Of a stretch of 64,000 nucleotides of DNA, positions 32,250 to 48,305 are shown in pieces. The stretch's first letter is position 1, and each line of letters starts with the position of its first letter. Made by a program: the position numbers and the translations under genes. The notes beneath the pieces are model-generated. The model ran no database searches. It was not told the origin of the DNA and was given only the letters and a program-made list of their open reading frames with translations. Source of the stretch: the human T2T-CHM13v2.0 reference genome, Homo sapiens; NCBI RefSeq assembly GCF_009914755.1, contig NC_060941.1; one strand, 5' to 3'.

Positions 32250-32740
32250 TGCTGGGATTTAGGCAGACACCTCAAAATATGCCACTTTGGCTTTTGAAAA
32301 AACAGCAGAAGCTGGAAGACCCTCTTAACTTCTCCTCACCCCTTATCCCTTGAAGCAGGCCATGAAACCTAGCCCCTTTCCTCTAAAGTAGGGCATGAGA
32401 CCCTCATTAACATCCCTATCTCTGAAGACACAGGAACACAGAGGAGACTCCGAACCAACAAGCCTTGCTTATTTCTTCCAGTTTATTACCATTAGATCAC
32501 ACCCCCTTTCTCCAATCATACTTCCTCATGACTATTCTTCATCAAATCTAAGCAAAAAAAAAAAAAAAACGCCATTTTCCCTGTGTATTTGGGTCTTCAT
32601 TTATGAAGGCTGTTGTGTCTCATAAAACTTTGATGAAATAAATTTGTATGCTTTTATCTTGGTAATCTGTCTTTCATTATAGGGGCCTCAGCTGTGAACC
32701 TTGCCATAGCTTGAGAAAAGATACTTTTTCTCCCCTATAG
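32250..32740 (+). mobile_element. ERV1 solo LTR (MER31-like)
   Basis: cctcaaaatatgccactttggc...ataaatttgtatgctttt...ctcagctgtgaaccttgc...tttttctcccctata. Confidence 0.7.
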
Positions 32741-32826
32741 GGCAACTTCCTAGGACAGATTCCTGTGGTTGACTTCTTCCTGGGCCAGACTGCTTTTCTA
32801 GGTCAGGAGGGTATTTTTTAAGGTTC

Positions 32827-33134
32827 TTTTCTTTTTTTTTTTTTTTTTTTTTTGAGATGGAGTCTTGCCCTGTCACCTGGGCTGGAGTGCAGGGGCATGA
32901 TCTCGGCTCACTGCAACTCTGCCTCCTGGGTTCAAGCGATTCTCGTGCTTCAGCCTCCTGAGTAGCTAGGATTACAGGCGCCTGCCACCATGCCCAGCTA
33001 ATTTTTATACTTTTAGTAGAGATGGGGTTTCACCATGTTGGCCAGGCTGGTCTCAGACTCCTGACCTCAAGAGATCCACCTGCCTTGGCCTCCCAAAGTG
33101 CTGGGATTACAGGCATGGGCCACCGTGCCTGGCC
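32827..33134 (-). mobile_element. Alu (AluS-like)
   Basis: Antisense Alu, TSD ttttttaaggttctt. Confidence 0.95.
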
Positions 33135-34149
33135 TTTTTAAGGTTCTTGATACATTGTCAGGTTGTTTTTCAGGAGGGCCCCCTCAGCTCACACTCCTGC
33201 AGGCTGAAGGGCTCGTGTCAGTTCCTTGGAAAGGCAGTTTTCACACAAGTGCCCTGGCACCTTCAAAATGCTGTCATGCCCCTGTCCTCCCCACTTTGGA
33301 TGTCGTGGTTCTTTCTGGCCACTGTATTTTTCCAGGGCCTTTCATTTTCATCAACTCAGATAACCCACCTCGCTTCCTCCTTCCCAAAATGCATTTTCCC
33401 GGGGATCCAAACCCAGCCCTTAAATTAGCTAGCTATATGATTTTGAGCATATCACTTAAATTTAATGGAACCCAGGTCCTTCATTTGCAAAGGGAGACAA
33501 CTTACTACATTATCTCTAAAGTCCTTTTAGTTACAGTTTAAAAAAAAATATTGAATAATGGGAAATAACCTAAATGTTCAACAAATGTTACATCAATATG
33601 ATATATCCAGATGATGGAATACAATGTAGTAATTTTTTAAAAATGTGTTTTTATTACAAGGCATGGGAACTAATTCATGATATGATGCTACATGAAATCA
33701 GCATGATACTGTATGAAGCCTAATTTATAAATACACATTTTGATAAATAAAATTAAAAAGAAATACACTGCAAGACTAGCAGTGGCTCACCGTATGATTG
33801 CATTATTGGTGATATACAGTCAGAAAAATGCATTTTCTACAATTGTGAAAATCAGACACCGCAGTAGGATTAGTGTAAGCGTCGTGGTTTCTAGGTAGTC
33901 TTCTCTGACACCTAGGCAGAATCAGGGCCCTTCCTCCTGGCTCCCACCAGATGTAGGACACGCTTTCATTACAGAAAACATTACTCTGCATTGCAGTTGC
34001 AAGTCAACACATTTGCTTCCTACTACATTCTGAGCCCCTGATGGTGAAGTCCTTGCCTTGTTTGTTGATGCATCTGTATCATGACACCTGGCACTTAGAA
34101 TACTCCAGACACACATTGGCTGAATGTTTAATACCTCGGTTGGTGAAAC

Positions 34150-34900
34150 AATTTCTGTTGGAACTATAATTTTAAATTTGATGTTGCCTGCTATTTTTCA
34201 GTTTCTAAGATAAACAATATGAGCACCTCGGATAATATTTTCTTCTAAATGCTTTGTCAAAAACTAGAGTAAATTGCCACCAAGTGCTGCCTGTGAGTAT
34301 GGACTAAAAAGTTCCTCTGGGGGCAATGAAGGCATCTGACAACAATACCTAGTGGCATTAGTTGTTTGTATATATATTGATCGCCCATTGTTGGGATTCT
34401 TTGCTCACCATGCAACTTTCAAGTTGTAATTGGGCTTCTTGTGGACATGTCAAAACAGAGCAAATGTGCTAACCAGGCTACAGGGCATGAGTAGCTGGTC
34501 CCTCTGGCAGTTATGTTTCTCATGGTAAATTAATGACTTGGCAAATTTTTGTTTGCTCAGCCTTTCTGAACTCAATTAACTTTGCAACACTGAGAAAATC
34601 GGATTTGGAGATCTGCAAAGCTGAGGTTGAGATTTTGGACCTTGGTGATCCAAATGGGGAATGCCACGCTTCGAGGCCTGTCTATATGCTTTATTTTTGT
34701 GACACTGTCTATTTACCCTCCCCCAATAGTGGAGAATCAGAGTGCTCCTTGTCAGTGTTGCTACAGAGAAGATATACAGGATGGAAGGACAGCTCCTCGT
34801 AGGACCTAGACACAACTGAAGAGCTTTGGAAAAACCTTCAGGTTTTGGCACAGAGAAGTATTGACATACTTAGAAGAAGACCAGTTTAAATTGTGCAATG
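34150..34900 (+). pseudogene. TLR-like pseudogene fragment 7: TIR domain and C-terminal tail
   Basis: One frame from 34153: FCWNYNFKFDVACYFS...DNIFF*MLCQKLE*IATKCCL*VWTKKFLWG...SGISCLYI...VGILCSPCNFQVVIGL...LVPLAVMFL...ENRIWRSAKLRLRFWTLV. Order and spacing parallel TIR box1 (F/YDAFxSYS), LxxxLE, LCLxxRDFxPG, SxWCxFE, LILIFL and box3 FW. Confidence 0.65.
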
Positions 34901-34910
34901 ATTCATTGAA

Positions 34911-35128
34911 CAGTCATTCCTTGGTATATACCAGGGATTGGTTCCAGGACGTCTGAGTATACCAAAATACGTGCATACTCCAGTCCTGTGGTTGGCCCTG
35001 TAGAACCCGCCTATGTAAAAAGTCAAATCTGTGTATACACAGCCTTAGCATCCCAGGAATACTGTATTTTTGATCCTTGCATAAATGGAACATCACAGTT
35101 CAAATACATATTGTTCAAGGGTCAACTG
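34911..35128. mobile_element. TcMar-Tigger MITE (MER2-like)
   Basis: cagtcattccttggtatataccagggattggttccaggac...gttcaagggtcaactg followed by TA. Confidence 0.8.
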
Positions 35129-35416
35129 TAGCTACACACTAGTGCAAAAGGTACTAAGTTGTACCTAGCCATTTGTATTTCTTATATTCCTACTCTCTAA
35201 ATTGCATTTTGTTTGTATCTGTAACCAATCTAATTAATATTCATGTTTAGTTAGTTTAAATACATCTTACTGTTTTTGTAGAAAAAGCCTGACTAGTTAG
35301 TAAAAGCATGCCACTACTTTTGTTAACGGTTCACCATTTCTTCCATCCCTCCTCTCATAGTTGAAGGGGTTCCCCCCTCTGCCACAGTAATGTCTGGCTG
35401 GTATTATTATGTCTGC

Positions 35417-35715
35417 TTTTTTTTTTTTTTTTTTGAGATGGAGTCTCGCTCTGTAGCCCAGGCTGCAGTGCATGGCCCGATCTCAGCTCGCTGCAAGCTC
35501 CACCTCCCGGGTTCACGCCATTCTCCCGCCTCAGCCTCCTGAGTAGCTGGGACTACAGGCGCCTGCCACCATGCCCGGCTAATTTTTTTGTATTTTTTAG
35601 TAGGACGGCGTTTCATCGTGTTAGCCAGGATGATCTCGATCTCCTGACCTCATGATCCGCCCACCTCGGCCTCCCAAAGTGCTGGGATTACAGGCATGAG
35701 CCACCACGCCTGGCC
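35417..35715 (-). mobile_element. Alu (AluY-like)
   Basis: gcaagctccacctcccgggttcacgccattctc; TSD ttatgtctgctttt. Confidence 0.95.
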
Positions 35716-35749
35716 TTATGTCTGCTTTTTAAATTTGTCTCTTCCCTTA

Positions 35750-36900
35750 GCTGCTCTTCAATCCACTTGATCCTCAAGCCTCTCTTGGCCTCTGTGTAGC
35801 CTCCTCTGGCACTCTGGGTAGAACTAGACCAAGAGATATCTTTTCAAAAAGCAGATAGAATCATGTTGCCTCATGCACTAAAAATCTCTCTTTGCTCTCT
35901 GTGGGTATAAGAAAAAGTCTAAATGCCCAAGCTGGTACAAAAGACCTCACAATTTGCCACCACGTCCCACTACATAGCTCATGTTCTGGTCACACTGAGA
36001 TGCTCAGATTCCTCAAATGTGGCTTCCCACCTCATCATACTTCGGTGTCTTTATACCCCTATTACTTTTGCCTGGAATGCTTTCCCTGGCTTCTTTGGAA
36101 ATTTCATTTACATCATTCAAAACCAAGATGATCCATCATGTCAGCAAGTGTGGTTTCTTGCTCCCTCCTTGGTGTTTTCACAATCCTTTAAACAGATCTA
36201 TTCTCTAGCAATTACCCCGGTATTATAAATATCTGTTTGCACGTGTTCGTTTCTTTCTAGACTGTGAACTTCTTGAGAGCAGAGAGCTGTCATTCATCTC
36301 TGTAGAGCCAGTGCTTAACACAGTGTTTGACTCATCATAGATCCTTAATTCATGTTTATTGAATTTATTAATTAAGCCATAACCGAGGCATCACCATCCA
36401 TTTAATTGCAAATGAAGTCCCACGGATGAAATTAACAGCCTCATTTCTATCAGCCCTTGCAGATAAAGTGATGACAAACACTGAGCGTTTCACACAGTGC
36501 CAGCCAATATAGAGCAAAGAAAACCATCCAAGGGCATTGGCCTTGCCCTTGAGGAGCTTACAATATAGTGGGAAAGATAGAATTTTCATTCACCAAACAA
36601 ACTGAGGACAAAGTGAAGAACATGTAAAAGCTATGTTAGTTGTAGGAGGCATGTGAAATGTCTAAGGTTTGAGGTCAGAAAAAATGTGAGCAGATCCTTT
36701 CCCTCACATGCCACCATCTCTCTCAGCAGTGTGGTTGAAAGGCAGAGTCACTTGGAATCCAGTGTGGAAGCAGGTGGGGGGATTGTGATTAGCATCTTCA
36801 GACTGTTTTCTATATGAAGTTGGATCAAGGCTACTATTGAGGAAAATGTGGTTTGGGATTGGCAATGGAGAAGGTTGGGAGAAAGGCATTCTAGAAAGAT
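35750..36900. mobile_element. L2 fragments (sense ~35750-36370; antisense ~36470-36900)
   Basis: ctagactgtgaacttcttgagagcagag...catgtttattgaat; ccttgcccttgaggagcttacaatatagtggg. Confidence 0.7.
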
Positions 36901-38436
36901 GAAATAATGTAGGGAAATGCTAGATATTGGGGTTCAGAAGTCTGCCTAATCTGAATCAAATCCTTAGGCACCACAATTGTTTGAAGGACTCCATAGTGCT
37001 GCGCAGCCAGAGAGCAGCAATACAAATAATTCTGTTCTTTTCTTTTGCTTTACCATTTACTCAATGTTTATGCACCTCTGAAATTGTCATTTGCTCCTCG
37101 CAGCAATTCTATTTGGTGGACTGAATCTTCCTTGACCTCATCATCCTCTGCCCCACCATAGATGAAGGCAGAAATCCTCCTAGAGAGGATGCTCGCCAAA
37201 CATGCCAAAGGCTTCCTGAGCTTCCCTTTGACATGGCACATTTGCATGCTACTGTGTTTATTGGTTTATTCCTGGGAAAGTAGATGTCTTTTCTTATTTC
37301 TTCCCAGCACCTGATACAAATAGAAGCTCAATAAATGTTTGCTGCATGAGTGATTAAATGCATGGGTGCAATATAATATATGGCAATCTTACTTGCCATT
37401 CTTACTTGTTGTCTCTATCAAATGTCTCATTCTTCACCTGAGTTCACAGGCTACTCAACAAGTCCCCAGCAGTGAATCCCAAGATTATGACCCATCTCAG
37501 AATCCCCAGCCCGCCAAATACTGAATGGTCAGGGTGGCCCACCACAAATCAGCCAGACCCACCCTTCCTCCAGGCTTAGAGTTACTAAAGACTGGATAAT
37601 AAAGATAACAGTGCCTTGAGCCTGGCATGTGTGCCTGCTGGAGCGCAGAAACAGACAGGACCCAGCAGCCCCAGACTCTGCTGATAACAAAGGCTTTCTG
37701 AGCAATGGCCCTTCAAAGCAACAAATCAAGACAGACAGCCTGCCAAAATCATGCCAACCCAGCAGACTGAGAATCCTTTACCCACTGAGAAACAGCCTTC
37801 CCAGCGGATCCATCACTTAGACAACTCAAATTAGATGGTGAGAACATGGAGGAAGCAGAGTCTGCCTTTATGGATATAGGAAGACTCCTTGATTCCTTGA
37901 GCAACCTTGCCCCAAGTAACCCCCACTTTCCACCTCTCAGTGAGCCAGAGAAATAAACACCTTTATCTGCCTTTCAGATTTCTATTGATCCTTCAAGACT
38001 GCTCAGATGCCACCTCCTCTGTGATGCCTTCACTCAGCTCTGAAGAGCACATTGTTAGGTGAAGAGCCAGGTTTGATGGTGTTCTGGGCAAGGGTCTCAG
38101 CACTATCCAAATTCTGATTTCCAATCAAACACCTCTTCCCTAAAAGAGATATTCACAAGGAAAAGCTATATGGGGAACAAATAATCCTTTTGCACCCAAC
38201 ACCCCATTGTAGAGCTCTCTGAAAGAGTAGGATTGGATTATAAAATTTAGCTTGAAACACAAGCTGGGCTTTCATCTCCTCCTAAAGTCAAAATCCAAGT
38301 TCTGGTGCCTTATTATCTGTCTCCATGGCAATGATAAGTGCATTCAGGTGTGTTGGAGGGAGGAAAGACTGTTAGGCCTGGCCTGATGAGGTGGGCTCTG
38401 AGTTCACTCAACAATTCTACCGTATGTGAAGGTTGG

Positions 38437-39173
<737 letters not shown>

Positions 39174-39911
39174 AGGTGGGCTGGAGAGGGGAGAAATTGA
39201 TGTTTTGGCTGACTATTGCTTTTCCTTTTCAAATAGAGTGACCCCACTCATACATAAATATGGCTCAGTTAATGGCTTGGAATCTGGCCAATCATATGAG
39301 CAAAGGGAAGGAGGGCCACTTACCTTTCAAATATGACTTTAACCCTTTTACCACCAACCACACATCTATAGAATCAGATTTTTAAGGTGACTCATTCACA
39401 TTCAACTTCCATGTTCTGATTTGGAACCCAAGAGAGGAGCTTCATCTTCAGGCACCACTAAGCAGTCCCCTGTAAGCATCCTCACAGGTAGTTTATATAA
39501 AAGAGTGTGAATGCTTCCTTTTTTGAACAATCAAAAAATATCTAAATTCTTCTTTTATGGTGGGCTTCTAGGCCATATGAACCAGTCCCTGCCATTTCAG
39601 GACTGTGTCAGAGGAAATGCTTAGGATTTGAGAAGCCTGTGGAGTTTCTCCAGGATGGAGCACGGGCACTGGCAGGGGAGAAAGGGTCAGAAAGAAGTGT
39701 AGAAAAAACAAGGAGATTATGGAGGGAGAAAAGAAGATGGGGCTGGGGAGACCAGAGAGGGCACAGACCCCTGACATTCTTCCAGTAGACTCTAAGGACA
39801 AAAAGGAGGCTGAATGGACAAGTACAAGAATGTTTGGACCATCTCTAGACTCTGTGGGCTCATGGTTAACTGATGGTGAGATTATTTCCTTCCTAGTAAT
39901 GCTGGCCTCAG

Positions 39912-41702
39912 TTTTGCCTTTCGTTTTTCTTATGCAAAGTTGTCTCACACAGATGGCATGTGAATGCATGATTTAGAATAAGTGACTTAGATGAAGACTC
40001 TCTCCTTAATGGTCAGAAAAGCTCAAAAAATTATCAGCCTAGACCAGGGGTGGAGATAGCACAGAAGGAAACACAACTACCTGAACATTGTTGGTGTAGC
40101 TGAGAACTCTGGTACCCTAGAAACACTCCCCAGCTTTCCCAACCTCAGTTGCAGACCCTTGTTTCATCTCTGGCATTTCAGATCTCACTTGACCTCTAGC
40201 ATGATTGGTGTCCTGAGGTTTGGTCCCAACTGTCAGCTCTATCACAAGCTCTCTCAAGGGCAGGGCATTGCTGGAGCAAACATGGTACATTCATACTCCT
40301 GATGTCCTTCCAAGGAAGGACATGCATGGCAGACTGTTCACTAATAACAAGTCCCTCTTAGGAAATGTGAGCCAATGGCTTCCACAAATGTGGAAGCATT
40401 AAATTGCCAGTGGTCAACTTTCCACTCCTTTCTTCCCCTATCAGAGAAAACTCTGAAGCACTGATTTAAGACAGAGGCATAATGATGGTGCAAAGTGTTT
40501 ACTTGGAGAAGAGCTCCCTCACGCAACAATGGGGCTTGTAACATCAGTGATACGTAGATTTTTGTTGGGTTAAGCCACCGAGATATTGGTGGTGGTTATG
40601 ACTACAGCATAACCTAACTTATGCTGACTTCAATACTTTGCAAGCAGGAAAAAAGCATGGTTGTGAAGAGATTTTAATGGTACGTGTATTAGTTTCCCAG
40701 GGCTTCTGTAACAAAGTACCACAGGCTGGGTGGCTTGACCAATGGGAATTTATTGTCTCATCATTCTAGAGGCTGGAAGTCTGAGACCAAGGTGTCAGCA
40801 GGGTTGGTTTCTTCTGAGGCTGAGAGGGAGAATCTGTTTCAGGGCTCTCACCTCACTTCTGGAGGTTTGCTGGCAATCTTTGGTGTCTCTTGGCTTGTAG
40901 AAGCATCACCCCAATCTCTGTCTTCATCATCACATGCTCTTCTTTCTACTTGCATGTCTGTATCCAAAATTCCGTCTTTTATTACGACATCTTTCATACT
41001 GAGTTAGGTGATCACCCTATCCACAGATGACCTCATTTTAACTAATTACTTCTGCAACAGTCCTATTTCTGAATGAAGTCACATTCTGAGGTACTGGGGG
41101 TTACAACTTAAACAAATGGATAACATATGAGTTTTCTGAAAGGACACAATTCAAGTCATAACAGTATAAGAACATGGGAATATACTATGATGTTAGGTTC
41201 AAATAACAGGAAAAAAGTTGCACAATGAAAGGACCCTAAATATGAGACACGAAATATATCTGATGCATATATTAGTATTAGTATATATTATGAGATATTT
41301 GTATATAAATAATTAGATATTACATAAAATATATATTATATAAAATATATTATATTGTATAATTTTTAAATAAGGCTACTTTTTCAATGTCTTACTAGTT
41401 TTTTCACAATGAATATATGTTATTCTTACAGAGACCAAAGTGCTGTTTTTAACAAATTGTTGCACTCTCTCTGTTTCTCTTGCTGTACCCACCAGGCTGG
41501 GTCACTTGAGAGGCTGCCAGCTCTTGGAGGTTTGAATTTTGCCTCTTGTTTTTCTCAGGCAGAATTGTCTCACACAGACGGTGCACGAATGAATGATGTA
41601 AAATGAATGACGTAAATGAAGACTCCCCTATCTTAATGGTCTAGGAAGCTCAAAAAATTATCAGCTTAGACCAGGGATGGAGACCATGTGGAAGAAAACA
41701 CA
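39912..41702 (+). repeat. Diverged direct duplication of a ~165-bp segment (39912-40075 and 41537-41702)
   Basis: Shared blocks ttgtctcacacaga, atgaagactc, cttaatggtc and aagctcaaaaaattatcagc.tagaccaggg.tggaga. Confidence 0.85.
40685..41163 (-). mobile_element. MaLR solo LTR (MLT1C-like)
   Basis: tgtattagtttcccagggcttctgtaacaaagtaccacaggctgggtggctt...gacacaattcaagtcataaca. Confidence 0.9.
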
Positions 41703-42713
41703 GACTTCTCAAGAGAGCCAAGGACAAATAAAAATAATTTGGACACAGGGAGTGGATGGATGGAGAAGTCCAGAGTAAAGGGCTTTCCACGTATCCCTCT
41801 CACATGGGTGCCTTGGAAACCTTCTTGCCCACCACTTACTATCTGTCCTCCAAGGATTCATCAAGATCCTACTTCTTCCATGTAGCCTTCCTTGACTCAT
41901 TCCGTCTTCAAGGGTCTCCCTCTTCTTCCAACTTCTACAGTACTTAGAGTCTAGACCAGTGGGTTTCCTGTGGGGTCCTGGAGTCCACATCACCCCCCAC
42001 CAGAAGTATTTCATGAGCTATCTCATCTCAGAGGAGGGAGGATGTACAAATGCCCCATCCTGACTTTGACCAGAACAGCTAAAACAATGTAACCTAATTT
42101 ATGCACTTCAATATACAAAGAACAGGTTCTGCTGCTATAACAAAAATTCTTTTGACAAGCTGCAGTATCCCGTCAGGTACTTTCATTCTGAAGGACTGAA
42201 GACCAAGGTTTTGCATTCACTGAGGTGGCGGGGTCTTCTGGCCTCAGTGAGGGAGAGGTTAACCTTGTCTATCTGCGATTGGGCTGCCTGGGACTGTCAG
42301 CCATGGGTTGCCATAGAGACAATCATGAGATACTCAACAATCTTGGCAACTGCACCAGAAGCCCTATCCTCATTCAGCACAAAGCAGGCATGTTGCTGAA
42401 GACATGCAGCCTGCTCTTTTCCTATTCAGAGACCTCAGAAACTGCTGCCCTGAGGATACATGTAAAAAAACTTCTAGTTACTTTCAGTACATTGTTCTGC
42501 TCTTTTATCCTCTTCTGGGAAACAAAACAAAGAAAAACAAAGCAAAACAAAGCAAGAACTCTGTTTTGGAAACATAAGTCAGAGGGGACCTGCAGTTGGT
42601 GAACTGCTTAGAGAGGCATTGCCCAGACTTCAGGTCCTTGGGTTGGACAGGGCCTGTCTCCATTCTGAGATATTTTTTCCTTGTCAGATGGTCATTTACC
42701 CAAATCCTTCTAG

Positions 42714-43073
<360 letters not shown>

Positions 43074-43949
43074 CAGAATGCTCTTTCTAATGCTAATGAA
43101 ACCAAAGATAATATGGCCTAGGCAAATGCTAAGCACTCTACTTTATTCTCACTCTATAGATGTGAAAACTGATGTTCAGAAAGACAAGTTACATGCCTTA
43201 GATCGTGCAGCTGTTGACTCCGAAGCTGATGCACTCAGCCCGTCTGCTATTCTGTCTCCTACAGTAAATTGAAAATAGCCTTCACTGTAACTTCTACTCA
43301 CTGGTCCTCACTCATTCTTTGAAGCAGTGCAGAGTCAATCCCCTTACATTTCACAGCCCTTTCCCTTGGACAGAATGTGGATGACATCTTCAGTGAACTC
43401 AGAGTGCCATGGGCCATTGTGACGAATGACAGTCAGGAGGCAGCCCTGTGCCTCCCCTTGCTCTCCCAACTCCAAACTAAACTTCTCTGGGTTCCCTTAA
43501 AATGTGTAAGAGTTCCTGCTCCTTACTCTCAACAAACAAGTGCACCTATCTTAGCTTCTTTCCAGAAAAAGGCAGAAAATCCTTAATTGCTGCTCCTCCA
43601 GCCACTCACTCCATCATTAGGCCAGCGGAGATGAAATACACTTTCTTCACTACACCATTGGCTTATGCACAGCCTGGTGCCCAATGGGTGAGGAATGACC
43701 TACAAGGCTGTACTTGGTCCCCTGGTCCCAGAAGTGGTGGCATCAACAGTAGCAACAACAGGCCATCTGTCTTCGAGCTGACTTTGAGAAGACAATTTAG
43801 TGACAGATGAGATACCCTATTGGGCATTTTTGCCTAAGTGTCAGGCATGGGTTAAAGTTTCTGGAATCTCACCTCTTTTTCTGCACTATGCCCTTGAAGA
43901 ACAAAATCTATGATTGTAGGATGTGGTATTTAAGGTGATGACTGTGATC

Positions 43950-44275
43950 TCCTCATCCAACTGGATCATTTTACTGGTGAGGAAACTGAGATCCAGACAG
44001 CTGATACCATGTTTTCAGCCAGTGGCAGCACCAGGAACTAAATTCATATCTGTCCAAATCCAAAGTCCACCACCTTAACCACCACAATAAAAGCCACATT
44101 GGTCTCTAGCATGGATCAGCATCCTGACTTTGGGAAACCTGTCAAATGGCCATCATACAAGTACCTCACAGAGTTGTCTCCATTTATGGAGTTGCTGTCA
44201 GTATTAAATGGGAGATACCATGTTATGTGCCTATCACTGTGCCAAGCATGGAGTAGATTCTCAACCAAAGGTAGC
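43950..44275. mobile_element. Two MIR fragments
   Basis: cattttactggtgaggaaactgagatccaga (antisense); acctgtcaaatgg...gtacctcacagagttg (sense). Confidence 0.65.
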
Positions 44276-44439
44276 CAGTGCTATCAGCAGGGATAAGGAT
44301 CCATGTCTCTCCGTAGGCCCTTTGCACCATCCCACATCTGCCTCCCTGGTGCTTCTTGTCACAGCCGGGCATGGTGATATTATCTTGGGCACAGCGTGAT
44401 GCAATAGCAAAAGCTCAGCCCTCAATGAGTTGGTAACTC

Positions 44440-45575
<1,136 letters not shown>

Positions 45576-47220
45576 GGAATAGAGTTGTTAGTGGTGACGG
45601 TATTGAGACTGGATGGGATCAGGAATAATTACAGTGTATGCCATATGCTGTGTCTGGAAAAAGAAAAACTAACAAAGATGAAAATGTTTTCCTCCTTTCT
45701 TCAGAGACACACAGAGAGAAAGGATCAATCTCCAAACACGCTCCCTTTTGTTACTAGGGTAATTCACGTTATTGCTACCCCTTGGTTTTGTATTTCTCCA
45801 GACTTCATTCTTTGAGGCGGTGGTGGGGGTCCTCTGATTCCTTTATTTGCTGCAGTGGGGTGGCGGTACCTGTCTTACCACTGGATTCTCTCCAAGGCAC
45901 ATCTCAAGCTGGTCCTGTGATGTCTGACTGAGGCACAGGTGCAGGGCCATGCCTTTCCATGCCCTCACTCACCTCACTGGGATATCCATGGTCCCAGCTT
46001 CTGAGTTGGGGTGTTAGAAAAGTCTTGCAGTGTTCAAAGGAGGACTGTCCATTTGGAGTAAGTTATATGGCAACCAAAAAATATATATATTATATTTTTA
46101 TATAATATGTATGTGCTAATCAGGGAACACCAGGTATCACTTCTGCAAGATGGTCATCAAATGATCTGTTGGGCACTACTGGACATCAAAACGGAGGACA
46201 GCAACAGAGCTTCTCCATGGTGCTTGTACAAATGAACACTGGGTGGTCTGCGGGGCCTCACGTGGCTTCCATATTGTTCCTGAGTCCCGGCAATAGTCAA
46301 AGCTTTTCTGTGACACAGGTGAAGCTCAGAGGCTCCTCACACTGTCTCCACACCTTCCCGTGTGCCCTCTCTAGGTGCTGTCCAGAACCCACCTTTCCTC
46401 TTTCCTTCCTTATTCCTCTTCTACACAGTCTTCATTAAATCAATCACTGGAGCCCACATTGCTGCCCTTCCTCCAGAGACCTGAGATTTTTGATCTCAAA
46501 AGCAAGACTAGACCATATTGACATTCTTCTGAGACAAATACGTGGAATAGTTAACTGAATGGTGAAGTTAAGTCTGAGAAAAAAAAAATACCCCAAACAG
46601 CAGAATCTCTCTACCAGGTTTGCTTTGTCACTGAGGAAGCCCAAAATTATGAGGAATGGTTACACCTATATAAATCTAAAACCATTGGGGTTAATAAAGA
46701 GTGTCCATGTGCATAATCTCATTTAATCTTCATGCTGATGCTGTGACTTAGCTACGGTTAGTATACAGATAATAGATGATAAAAGCTGCACTGAGCTGGG
46801 GCTTAAATGCAGCTCTCCTGCCTATGTTCACTGCATTATTCACTCCCAGGTGAAAATCCTGGCCTTGATGGCTGTCAGTTCCAAATGCCCAACCATTGTT
46901 GGGTTTCCCTCAAATGGCAACTTAAGGCAATTTTCCTAAAAGCTAATGAAGCTTAAGTTTTAGAGCACCTGCCTTGCACAGACCCCTAGAATGCTAGGAG
47001 TCTCTGTGAGTTGCAGAGCATCCCAGGATTGGTGGATCTGGGCTTCCTTCAAATGGCAACTTAAGGCAATTTCTCCCCTTTCCCCCACCTGGACACTCAT
47101 CATGGGGGTCATAGCTTTACTGCCCTCAGTGCATCCTGCCTCTTGGTTCCATCTCCTGGAGATAAAGGAGCCCTTTGAAGCCTAGGCAGGAAGATGGGCC
47201 TTTAGAAAGTGCTGGGGGCA

Positions 47221-47707
<487 letters not shown>

Positions 47708-47969
47708 TTAGACATTTTCCAAGGGGCTGGAGGGAACCTACACTGCTTCTAATAGAATCTGAATCTGATCTTCTGGAAGATGAGAATTTGATGTCATCTT
47801 CGGAAGCCTTTAAGGATGCCATTGACTTCCATCCTTCTTAGCACAGCTGAGAAGTGAAGATGCTTCTGAAAAAGCTCATTCTTTTCAAAGCAGGAATGGC
47901 GAGGCGGGGACTCTGGAGCTGACCTTCTCAGCTGTTGGTGTAGAGAGGCCACTTTTCATTTTTCTTAAT

Positions 47970-48305
47970 TGCAGCGTGGTTGGGTGTAGGTTCAGGGGTG
48001 GGTAGGGGGCTGAAGCTTATAAGATTTGCCTGCTTTAAGAAAAATATTGTCTAAAAAAGTAGATATTTAGAGTGAGAAAAATGTCAAAATAAATGACTGG
48101 AACCTTAGGAATTCAGTCACTATCTTTTATAATCTCTTCAGATAATTTGCCAGGAAAAAAAGCTGAATTAAGAACACTTCCTGATTGCAACCTCATGTTT
48201 CCACTGATCCTGGGATGCTCTGCAACCCTCAGAGACTCCCAGCATTCTCAGGGTCTGTGCAAGGCAGGTGCTCTGAAACTTAAGCTTCATTAGCTTTAAG
48301 GAAAA
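47970..48305 (-). mobile_element. hAT DNA transposon relic (Tip100-type, MER115-like)
   Basis: Terminus ctctgaaacttaagcttcattagcttt. Family assignment is from memory. Confidence 0.5.
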
